A stretch of DNA of 40,055 bases from a virus: positions 1 through 40,055 of IMG/VR virus record IMGVR_UViG_3300025846_000006. One strand, written 5' to 3'. Each line of letters begins with the position of its first letter. The stretch's first letter is position 1. Shown one piece after another: positions 29,025-36,838 of the stretch. The notes beneath the pieces were generated by a model that worked only from the letters and a program-made list of their open reading frames with translations, was not told the DNA's origin and did not search any database. The position numbers were made by a program, and so were the translations under genes.

Positions 29025-30236
29025 CTACTCCTGGTGATATTCGTAGAATTGCTTGTCGAAGAAGCTCTTGAATCGGCAGCCCACCTCGTCGATGATGCCG
29101 CCGTCATTCACGTGGATGTCCAGGATGCATCCGCCGACATGTGCCTGAATCTGCTTCTTCCGCATGAACGGTGTCTGATCTTGACAGCAGCCGGGCTGTA
29201 GAACATAAACCTCCCTAGGATAGCCGAACTCGAACTTGTGGTAGTGCCCCATCACGACAATGCGCGGCTTCTCACCACCCTGTAAGCTCTCGACATACTT
29301 CTGTGCCTTGTAACTCGTGGCGTAGGCACTCCCGCCGCCCGCATGGATGACGCGCATGATCTGTCCCGAGGCAAGTTCGATGTCGCGTTCCATGTAGCCG
29401 ATGTCTTCAATGTCATCGCGCCCGGCCTTGTGCGCCTCGAGAGCAAGCAGCTGCCCGATGTTGATCCCCTCTCTCTGGACCCACCAGCCTTCGTGATCGT
29501 CTCCGGATAGTACCTTGGTCTTGATGCCGGGGATCTGAGGGCAGACGCGCAAGAACTCGTGAATCTGCGGGGTCACGCCATGGATCAGCAGGTCGAACTC
29601 GTTGAACTTCGCCTGACCATCGCACCAGTTTCCCGCATGATAGACCGTCGTGACGCCCTCTGCAGCATACCATTCATAGAGCTTCGTGATCACGTCCTCG
29701 CGGCAGTACTTCGAGCTCGTGTGCCAGTCCGCCGTGTGCCCAATGACAAAGTGTCCGGCTCGGGCTCCGAGCCCTTCGAGAGTTTCCTTGACCGGTTCCT
29801 CCGGAGGCCGGATGTCGTTTTGAATGGAGTAGATTCCATTCTCGCAATCAAGGGTGACCGCTCGTTCCTTCAGCTCGTCGAGTCCAGCTTGAATGACCTT
29901 CGGCGCAACCTCGAAGAAATCGGCGAGCTCATCTTTGGTACACAGGTACTTCATCAGGTATTTGCGTATGCGTTCTGCCAGACTGTTGTCTTTGGCGACA
30001 AGGGGAACGCTCGGGTTTACTTCTCTAGGAAGGATCGGCTTTCCGATCGAATACCCCTTACGTGGCCCTGGCATCTTCATGTTCAGTCCGAACTGCTTCG
30101 CATAATGCCGGACGGTGTTCATCGGGATGTTCAGAGCAAGGGCAGCCTTGGCATAGTCACCCGCCTGTTCGAAGGGATGTTGCTGAGCATACTCGACAAC
30201 CAGCCGCTGACGTTCCGTTCGGATTGCCAAGCTCAT
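29025..30236 (-). CDS. HTH + winged-HTH + calcineurin-like metallophosphoesterase fusion protein
   Basis: 403 aa. The N-terminal HTH is YAKAALALNIPMNTVRHYAKQFG. The wHTH is CTKDELADFFEVAPKVIQAGLDELKERAVTLDCENGIYSI. The phosphoesterase motifs are GHTADWH, HAGNWCDG, LSGDDHEGW and VVMGHYH. Confidence 0.65.
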   Translation of the reverse strand: MSLAIRTERQRLVVEYAQQHPFEQAGDYAKAALALNIPMNTVRHYAKQFGLNMKMPGPRKGYSIGKPILPREVNPSVPLVAKDNSLAERIRKYLMKYLCTKDELADFFEVAPKVIQAGLDELKERAVTLDCENGIYSIQNDIRPPEEPVKETLEGLGARAGHFVIGHTADWHTSSKYCREDVITKLYEWYAAEGVTTVYHAGNWCDGQAKFNEFDLLIHGVTPQIHEFLRVCPQIPGIKTKVLSGDDHEGWWVQREGINIGQLLALEAHKAGRDDIEDIGYMERDIELASGQIMRVIHAGGGSAYATSYKAQKYVESLQGGEKPRIVVMGHYHKFEFGYPREVYVLQPGCCQDQTPFMRKKQIQAHVGGCILDIHVNDGGIIDEVGCRFKSFFDKQFYEYHQE

Positions 30237-30303
30237 GCGTCCTCTTGCTGAAAAGATACGACCTTGCTATAGTGTGTGCCGTCCATGGAGACAGCCTCCT
30301 TTG

Positions 30304-30336
30304 GATAAAACGAGAGGGGCCGTCGATAACGGCCCC
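30304..30336 (-). terminator. Rho-independent terminator after the lysis cassette
   Basis: The coding strand reads GGGGCCGTTATCGACGGCCCC (7-bp GC stem, 7-nt loop) followed by TCTCGTTTTATCC. It begins 13 nt after the holin stop. Confidence 0.65.
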
Positions 30337-30348
30337 TTGGCAATTCGA

Positions 30349-30744
30349 TCAGACTGAAGGCGGTACTGTCGGCGTTGTCGCCGGGACGATCGGCTTGCCA
30401 GCATCTATAATGGGTATCGCCTGGTCGACGTAGAGAACTTGCTTCAAATCGACCGTCGCTTGCTTTTCGACCGCAGTCGTCAATAGATGTGGTTCCCATA
30501 CCTGCTTGAAGGCGAACTCTGCTTCACCAAGGACAGCACCCAATATGATAGGCCAGTTTCCGCTTGCAACGACGGTCTTGAGCGAACCGTCCAGCCACAT
30601 CACAAGAATGGCCAGACCGACTGCCAGTGCGAAGGCAATCAGTTGTTTGATGCGCCCGTCCCAGTTCTTCTTGAGCAGGACAGACGCGATGATGGGCGCG
30701 AAGAAGCCAATCACCCAGATCCACATACTCGGTAAATTGTTCAC
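30349..30744 (-). CDS. Holin candidate (three predicted TM segments)
   Basis: 131 aa, GTG start with AGGAGG-N5. The hydrophobic segments are MWIWVIGFFAPIIASVLL, LIAFALAVGLAILVMWL and WPIILGAVLG. It is adjacent to the endolysin. Confidence 0.55.
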   Translation of the reverse strand: MNNLPSMWIWVIGFFAPIIASVLLKKNWDGRIKQLIAFALAVGLAILVMWLDGSLKTVVASGNWPIILGAVLGEAEFAFKQVWEPHLLTTAVEKQATVDLKQVLYVDQAIPIIDAGKPIVPATTPTVPPSV

Positions 30745-30753
30745 GTGTACCTC

Positions 30754-31590
30754 CTACTTCTTTACAAGATTCTTCATCCACGCCAGCATCTCTGCCGGGG
30801 TCATGATGTGGATGGCTGGTTTGGTGACGGGTGTTGCAACTACTGGTTTTACTACAACGACAGGCTTGCCAACGTTCTTGACCCAGGCCAGCATTTCGGC
30901 CCCAGTCATTATGTGGATCGTCGGTTTTGCTACCGGTTTAACTGCTGGCTTTGGCGGGTTTATGGCGGGCTTTGCAACAACGGGCCTCACGACAACGGGC
31001 GCCCTCACCGGCTCCCATGCGCCGAAGTCAAACTGTTGTGACTCATTCAGATCCACTGAGGCCCCGGCCACGGTTTGACCATTCGAGTATTGCAGCAGGT
31101 GGGCATGGGCCGAGACCTTCCCGGCCGACCACGCGTAGGTCTGCCAGAACCAGCAGGCAAAACCAGAAGCATGGCAACGTTCAACAACACCATAGGAACC
31201 ATAGACCCCAACTCTGGCAGTGTAGATAACGCTACCCACGCCATACAGGTAAGCATCAATCGCAGGCTGTTGTGCCGCCGTAGCGGGAATGTCCACGGCA
31301 AAGTAGATCGGCTTGTTGTCAGGGAATCCGATAGCGCGGGCATACGCGAGAGCTCTCTTACCGTCTGCCACGCCTGCTGTCTGGCCTTCAAGCGCCCTTC
31401 CAGCATAGCTCTCATATATAACGAGAAGCCCGAGTCCTGCTGCCCTGATTGCAGCGGCTTCGGCCTTGGAAACGCCCTTTCCGCTAGCGACAGTACCGTC
31501 GCCGAACAGGTAGCGAACACAGAAACCATAACCAAGGGCCTTGACCCGCCTCAGATCGGGGCGCGAGTGGGAGTAGTCGAGACCCTTCAT
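30754..31590 (-). CDS. Endolysin: DUF1906 (Rv2525c-like glycoside-hydrolase fold) catalytic domain plus two C-terminal repeats
   Basis: 278 aa. The N-terminal domain reads GLDYS......VKALGYGFCVRYL...K.VSKAEAAAIRAAGLGLLVIYE...IYFAVD...VGVYGSYG...WFWQTYAWS. The C-terminus is KP(T/A)IHIMT(G/P)AEMLAW(V/M)KN x2. Confidence 0.75.
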   Translation of the reverse strand: MKGLDYSHSRPDLRRVKALGYGFCVRYLFGDGTVASGKGVSKAEAAAIRAAGLGLLVIYESYAGRALEGQTAGVADGKRALAYARAIGFPDNKPIYFAVDIPATAAQQPAIDAYLYGVGSVIYTARVGVYGSYGVVERCHASGFACWFWQTYAWSAGKVSAHAHLLQYSNGQTVAGASVDLNESQQFDFGAWEPVRAPVVVRPVVAKPAINPPKPAVKPVAKPTIHIMTGAEMLAWVKNVGKPVVVVKPVVATPVTKPAIHIMTPAEMLAWMKNLVKK

Positions 31591-32084
31591 TTTAGGAACC
31601 CATTGATAACGAACCCAAGGATGCCCCCGACAAGAGAGACAAGCGCCAAGAGCAGCGGAATGGAAAGGCCGGACCTGCCCTGGCTTTCGTTTTGCGCTTT
31701 CTGTATCAAGCCGATTGCCGCAAGAAATGCGTCATCCTTTAGTTGTTGCTGCCGCTGCTGCTCTTGTGCCTTATCATTTATTTCTTTAGTCACCTGCTGT
31801 AAATTCTTGGCAACGACATCGGCTGTCGTGTTTACGAGCGCTCTCTGATTGTCATTGAACGCACTCACCTGGCTCGCCAAGGTTGCTTGTGTGTCTAGCG
31901 CGCGGTCAGCCGCAACGCGAACCGCAGTTGCATCTACATCCCGTATGGCGTCAATGCGCTTGGTCTCAGCAACGCTACGTTCATCAACGCGCTTCATTTC
32001 CGCCTTGAACCAATTAGTCAGTCCGTTGACTGTGGTATTGACCAGCAACAATGTGTTTGGTGTCGGATCGCTTTTTTCGTTCAT
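31587..32084 (-). CDS. XhlA-like coiled-coil protein with a C-terminal TM (lysis-associated)
   Basis: 165 aa. It has a long helical region and the C-terminal TM LSIPLLLALVSLVGGILGFVINGF. ATGA overlap with the endolysin gene. Confidence 0.45.
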   Translation of the reverse strand: MNEKSDPTPNTLLLVNTTVNGLTNWFKAEMKRVDERSVAETKRIDAIRDVDATAVRVAADRALDTQATLASQVSAFNDNQRALVNTTADVVAKNLQQVTKEINDKAQEQQRQQQLKDDAFLAAIGLIQKAQNESQGRSGLSIPLLLALVSLVGGILGFVINGFLK

Positions 32085-32085
32085 G

Positions 32086-32433
32086 TTACCCCCCCCCTAA
32101 CTGCTCAGTTGCCGGTGCTACGCTAGCCGTCTGCAACAGCGTATCTGCTACCACTTGTAGGTCTGTCAACTCTACTGTTGCCTTGTCCAACTTGACTTTC
32201 AGATCCACCACCTGTTCTTTCTTTTCTGTTACCTGCTGCGTTACGACAGCCAAGTCCAGTACACCGGTAATGTCTGAGTCAGGCAATACAACACCGCCGA
32301 CTGCAGCCCTGAACGCCTCGATAGCCTCATCACTGCCAGTCACGTGCCACACCCTGAGAGGCTCAGCGATGATGCTGTCCAGCTTTCCAGCAGTCGGGTC
32401 AAGGTATGCGTCCATCTTCGCACGTATATACAT
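32086..32433 (-). CDS. Hypothetical protein downstream of the tail fibre gene
   Basis: 115 aa. Confidence 0.5.
   Translation of the reverse strand: MYIRAKMDAYLDPTAGKLDSIIAEPLRVWHVTGSDEAIEAFRAAVGGVVLPDSDITGVLDLAVVTQQVTEKKEQVVDLKVKLDKATVELTDLQVVADTLLQTASVAPATEQLGGG
32089..32097 (-). repeat. Homopolymeric G9 tract (coding strand) at a gene junction
   Basis: It encodes the terminal GGG of 32086..32433 and also serves as the SD for ATG 32084. Confidence 0.9.
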
Positions 32434-32435
32434 GC

Positions 32436-35141
32436 CTACGCCTTCCTTTCGAGGGTACCAATACGCCTCGCATACTCTGCCAATTGTGTTTTGAGAATGT
32501 CCATGGCCCTTCCAGCCGCAATTGTTTTGCCGTCGGCCCTATAATCCACGGCATAAACAGTCATAGGTACTCCATCACCTGAGATAGTGTCGCCTACTGA
32601 GAGGTCGGTTGACAGTGGAACGTCCCGCGTGTACTGCTCTCGTGCTACTGAGACGACCGGCAGCAGTCCGTTCGCGTATGCCTGTGCACCAGCCTCTGAG
32701 CCAAAGTCGTCAGTAACCGGATAGGCTCTTGACCCTGTTCCAGCCCGCACAGTAACGGGTGAGGGGTTATCGACCACCATCACAAGGGTGTCCACGTAGT
32801 TGTCGCCGCTGAACGTGAGGACTATCGTAGCGAGGTTCATGGGGTTACCGGTGCGGGTCATGCTTGCAAGTGAAATATCCACGGCCTCAAACAGGTTGAA
32901 TACTGAACTCCAAGCGAAGAGTGATGGCACCCATGCGTAATCGGTGACAGTCTCTCGAAGAGTCACCGCAACAGATATAGAGTAGTACCCGTGTATATCG
33001 GAACCGGTACCTTGGTACGACGCGTGAACGTGTTCGGAGTCTAACGTCAGACTATCACAAGGGCCACCGCCCAAAAAGCCAACCTCATACCATTGGCTGC
33101 TTGTCGTCGCAGGGAGTCCCTGAGCGCCCATAAAGAAATAATTTCCGATGTCGTGCATGAGGACGGAATAGGTCACAGACGAAACGACGCTCACATGAGT
33201 CCCGACAGCGATGTACGACTGTACCGTGATGTCGCAGGTGACGACCTGAACGCCGTAGTGAACTCCGTCGACAAGGTACAGGTCCTTGAACTCGATTCTG
33301 ACGGTCGTGATTTGATATTCCTGTGATACTGCTGGAGGTACATTTGCCACAAAGGTGTTGCCGAAGGTGTTGCTCCATCCGTCTTGCCACAACAGCTCAC
33401 CAGCACCACCAAACAGACTTACGCGATACGAGCAGAATGCAGTTGTAGTTCCTGCTACTGTCTTGACTTGCCGGATAGGCGATAGCGTAATGTCCTTAAC
33501 CAAGGTATCTGCTGACGCGGTGCCGGTATTAAGGATGAAGCCCGAACTGGACTGTCCAGCGAATGTGTGGGTCAGTTCCAGCTTGTTCAGGGTATCCTGC
33601 AGAAGTGAGACGGTGATGGTAGAACCTACATCGGGCGGGTTCCAGTTGAACCGGATGCGGTCAAAGTTCTTGAACGCCGCATTCAATCCCGCTCTGCTAC
33701 AGTTACCAGCCGATTTCAGCATACCAAGCGCACCCGATGGCGGTAGTAGCAGGGTCATTGCCACCTGCGTCACATCTGTAACCACACCTATCCAATTAGC
33801 TGCATCGTGAAGGGTCAAGTAGGTGTCGGGTGTCGGGTACTGCTTAACAATGTAGTGTGCTTCGACAGCATCATAAACATCTGAGTCTCGTTGCCAGCCC
33901 GTAAGTGGGTCAAGACGTTGCATGTGATAGTCGGGGGTCTGTCCACGAACATCCAACGGGAAGGCATGCAGGATGCCGTCGCGGACTGAGGCTTGCGCGA
34001 GGGCCTGAATCAGGAGCTGCTCGATAACGTCCAAGGGCTGGATTTTGTTGAACATCTGAGGATAAGTAGGCTGTGCTAAGAGATTCACGTTGCTCACGAG
34101 GGTGAGATCATAACAAGTCACGCTGTCTATAACAAGACTCTCACCGGTGAGACCACCGGCAAGCGTTGCAGCTAAGTTTAGTGCCACAGCAACGGCGGTA
34201 AAAACAAAAGTGAGCGTTGCCTCCGTAGAACAATCAACGGCTGTGCCACTTGTCCATCCCGCCAATTCATACAGGTAGGCCAGACGTCCTGCTGCCGCTG
34301 TAGACTTGGCACGACAAGTCACAATATACTGATGACCAACAGTAAGCCCTATCCATTGGCGACCATCGCCGCCGTTGGATGTCAGCAAGATTTTCAATGA
34401 GCCAGTTCCCGCCAATGGAGCAACCGTCTCGCGAGAAAGGGTGGCTCCAATTCCGACCCATCCCGCCGTATTCGCCTCAAACTCTCCGTTTGCCACGAGG
34501 TTCACCGTAGAATGTGTCGGCACATCTACGTTGATAATGTTCAACGATGGCACTAGCAACTTGATAGTGTCCGATATGGCACCGTAAGCCGTTTGCAATA
34601 CCATAATTGCGGTCGTGAGAGCATACGACTCAGCAGCAAGGCATGTGTAAACATAAAGCGGGCCGGAAATGGCGACCGTGGCAATCTCGAATTGGTACCG
34701 CCTGAGGCCGCGCTCTCGGATGACCGCTCCGATAGTTCCAGTAAGCAGCGTCGCACAGGAAAAGTTCAACGTCGGCAAAACGGGCAACAGTTCATCGTGG
34801 ATTATAGGCTCAATGGCGTCCAACTTGGCATCGCCTGAGTACACGTCTATGCCATAGTCGGTCAGCTCATAGGTCATTACATAGATGAGCGGTGCTGTCA
34901 AGACAGTGCCAGCTGAATCAGTGGCCTGTCCACAGACAACGTGTGAACCGCGCTCTAGCGCTATGTCATAAGTAGAGACTGGATGCGTTGAATCATACAC
35001 AGAAACAATGGGTATAAGTAGTCCGGCGTATGCCTTGCCGTCGATGATGATGGTGGCAGACGGAGGACTGGCAGCACCGGCACAGGCAAGAGTAACCGTG
35101 AGCCGCTCTTGTGCCTGCACCACACTGAGGGTCAAAATCAT
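32436..35141 (-). CDS. Large distal tail / receptor-binding protein with an internal CBM-like module
   Basis: 901 aa, ATGA overlap with the upstream gene. NLVANGEFEANTAGWVGIGATLSRETVAPLAGTGSLKIL resembles the start of CBM_4_9-type carbohydrate-binding modules. Confidence 0.65.
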   Translation of the reverse strand: MILTLSVVQAQERLTVTLACAGAASPPSATIIIDGKAYAGLLIPIVSVYDSTHPVSTYDIALERGSHVVCGQATDSAGTVLTAPLIYVMTYELTDYGIDVYSGDAKLDAIEPIIHDELLPVLPTLNFSCATLLTGTIGAVIRERGLRRYQFEIATVAISGPLYVYTCLAAESYALTTAIMVLQTAYGAISDTIKLLVPSLNIINVDVPTHSTVNLVANGEFEANTAGWVGIGATLSRETVAPLAGTGSLKILLTSNGGDGRQWIGLTVGHQYIVTCRAKSTAAAGRLAYLYELAGWTSGTAVDCSTEATLTFVFTAVAVALNLAATLAGGLTGESLVIDSVTCYDLTLVSNVNLLAQPTYPQMFNKIQPLDVIEQLLIQALAQASVRDGILHAFPLDVRGQTPDYHMQRLDPLTGWQRDSDVYDAVEAHYIVKQYPTPDTYLTLHDAANWIGVVTDVTQVAMTLLLPPSGALGMLKSAGNCSRAGLNAAFKNFDRIRFNWNPPDVGSTITVSLLQDTLNKLELTHTFAGQSSSGFILNTGTASADTLVKDITLSPIRQVKTVAGTTTAFCSYRVSLFGGAGELLWQDGWSNTFGNTFVANVPPAVSQEYQITTVRIEFKDLYLVDGVHYGVQVVTCDITVQSYIAVGTHVSVVSSVTYSVLMHDIGNYFFMGAQGLPATTSSQWYEVGFLGGGPCDSLTLDSEHVHASYQGTGSDIHGYYSISVAVTLRETVTDYAWVPSLFAWSSVFNLFEAVDISLASMTRTGNPMNLATIVLTFSGDNYVDTLVMVVDNPSPVTVRAGTGSRAYPVTDDFGSEAGAQAYANGLLPVVSVAREQYTRDVPLSTDLSVGDTISGDGVPMTVYAVDYRADGKTIAAGRAMDILKTQLAEYARRIGTLERKA

Positions 35142-36835
35142 ACGTCAGTCCTCTTCAACTCGACATACCAGCGAGCCGCTAAACCTTGTGTTTGCGCGAT
35201 AGTCACTGCTGCTGAACCAATAGCGATGTCTGTACCGCCCAACAACGCACTAATGTCACTTCCGGCAGCATTGAGTAATCGTTTGTCACTACCCTTGATA
35301 ATCTCTCCTGCGTACCGGTTGCCGGCATACAACGAATTGAACAGCAGAGACAGTGAGGAATAGGCCAATGCTTGATACTCTGCCGATGTGAGGACATAGC
35401 CATACTCAATCAGGTTGGCAATACCACCTTCGAGGTTTCCAAGTGTCAACTGCGGCCAAGTGAGAGCCGCAAGCGTTCCCGTATTTGTAGTCCATGCCCC
35501 GCCCGCCGGATGGACCGCAAGGGTCACGGCATGAGAGGTATCATCAAACAATACCACGTCTATGACCGCACCAGACATATATGCCGCAGGGAGCGCAAGA
35601 AAGAGGTTCGCGTATTGGTCATTCCATTGCAGTAGATTGTACCCCATGTCAATTGTGAGTTTGTTGTGCGCAGAAGTCCAGACGGTCAGGGTCGTCGGGA
35701 TGGCCTCCAACATGAGGCTGTCGACCCAGAGGACTTCGCCGCTTATGGATAAGTCAAGATATATGCGTATGTCGCACACAGTCGCTCCAGCCGGAGCCTG
35801 ACCTATCGCAGAGAGATGTGTTGGCACTCCCTCTGCGGCAACGGCACCTCCCATAGTGTTGGACATCCATCCGCTCGCGTTATACCATCCCATTTGTAGG
35901 TGAACAGTATGGCCTCCCTGCCAGTGATACGTGTTGAAAAATACCTGAAAAGCATACCATCGTCCAGCCGTTACTGCGGAAGTAACAGAAAGGGATGCGT
36001 CTCCTCCACCACCGGCGACCAGCTTGAAATCAGCCGTTCCGACAAGGGGTGCGGACGTATTGCGTGTGAGCGTTCCCCACGAGCTGGTTACTCCTGTCGT
36101 GTTCGTCTCTGCATTGCTCTGGTTCGCTGTCAGGAGGTTGACCCCACCACCACCGATTGACCACGGACTCGGATAGCGCGTCTGCTTGAGCTGCATTGCG
36201 ACCGTTCTCAGAGTCGATGCTGGCGGCGTCCACGTTGCCACGTCCTGCGCGGTATCAGAACCTAAATAAAGCCCGCTGTCGAAGATGGGGGTATTGATGG
36301 GATAGGTTACACCACCGTGAACCTTGCTCGCAGTCCGCAGGAACGTAACCGACTGACCGGTTATGTCTACAAGGGTGTTGCTCAGAGGCGCATAAAACAA
36401 CGGAGCCAAGTAGTGGATAGTCGGGTATGCTACGGTGTTCCCGAGCTGACTGATGCCGGTAATGGCTTGGTTACCCCACTTAAAGCCGCTGGCAGGGTAA
36501 CGGACAGCCGCGCCCTCCAGGATCGGCGAGACCAACATGGTCAGCTCATACGTACTCTGCTGATAATTGTTCGTGGGGAACGCCGTCGCTTGGACCCTGC
36601 ATGCTCTCCAAGCAACGTTATCGAGACTGAGCCAGATGATATCGTGCCAACGGACACTCATAGAGTCAGCGATGACGCCGGAGATCGTCCATGTCTGCCA
36701 ATCCAGGCCAAGAGGAATTGCGCCGTTGATGTCTGAAAGCGGGACATGATAAGTCGAGAGGATTTGTGGATCCGTCCTGGCATACTTGGCCTGCACGAGC
36801 TGGATCAGGGAGCCGTCACTGTATTTTGCGTACAT
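35138..36835 (-). CDS. Distal tail protein (Dit-like position) with an inserted CBM-like module
   Basis: 565 aa, immediately after the tape measure gene. NLLTANQSNAETNTTGVTSSWGTLTRNTSAPLVGTADFKLV...WVDSLMLEA parallels the module in 32436..35141. Confidence 0.6.
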   Translation of the reverse strand: MYAKYSDGSLIQLVQAKYARTDPQILSTYHVPLSDINGAIPLGLDWQTWTISGVIADSMSVRWHDIIWLSLDNVAWRACRVQATAFPTNNYQQSTYELTMLVSPILEGAAVRYPASGFKWGNQAITGISQLGNTVAYPTIHYLAPLFYAPLSNTLVDITGQSVTFLRTASKVHGGVTYPINTPIFDSGLYLGSDTAQDVATWTPPASTLRTVAMQLKQTRYPSPWSIGGGGVNLLTANQSNAETNTTGVTSSWGTLTRNTSAPLVGTADFKLVAGGGGDASLSVTSAVTAGRWYAFQVFFNTYHWQGGHTVHLQMGWYNASGWMSNTMGGAVAAEGVPTHLSAIGQAPAGATVCDIRIYLDLSISGEVLWVDSLMLEAIPTTLTVWTSAHNKLTIDMGYNLLQWNDQYANLFLALPAAYMSGAVIDVVLFDDTSHAVTLAVHPAGGAWTTNTGTLAALTWPQLTLGNLEGGIANLIEYGYVLTSAEYQALAYSSLSLLFNSLYAGNRYAGEIIKGSDKRLLNAAGSDISALLGGTDIAIGSAAVTIAQTQGLAARWYVELKRTDV

Positions 36836-36838
36836 ATT

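Noticed and set aside
30233-30499. An 88-aa minus-strand ORF between the holin and the HTH-phosphoesterase gene.
   Set aside because: It overlaps the holin C-terminus out of frame and runs straight through the rho-independent terminator. Its composition looks non-coding.
2232-31848. Long plus-strand ORFs from the track, for example 2232..2906, 6241..6870, 7683..8495, 16449..17186, 23385..24134, 29559..30251 and 31075..31848.
   Set aside because: Each lies antisense to a minus-strand gene with clear family motifs. They have Arg/Ser/Pro/Gly-rich shadow-frame composition and lack SD-start contexts.
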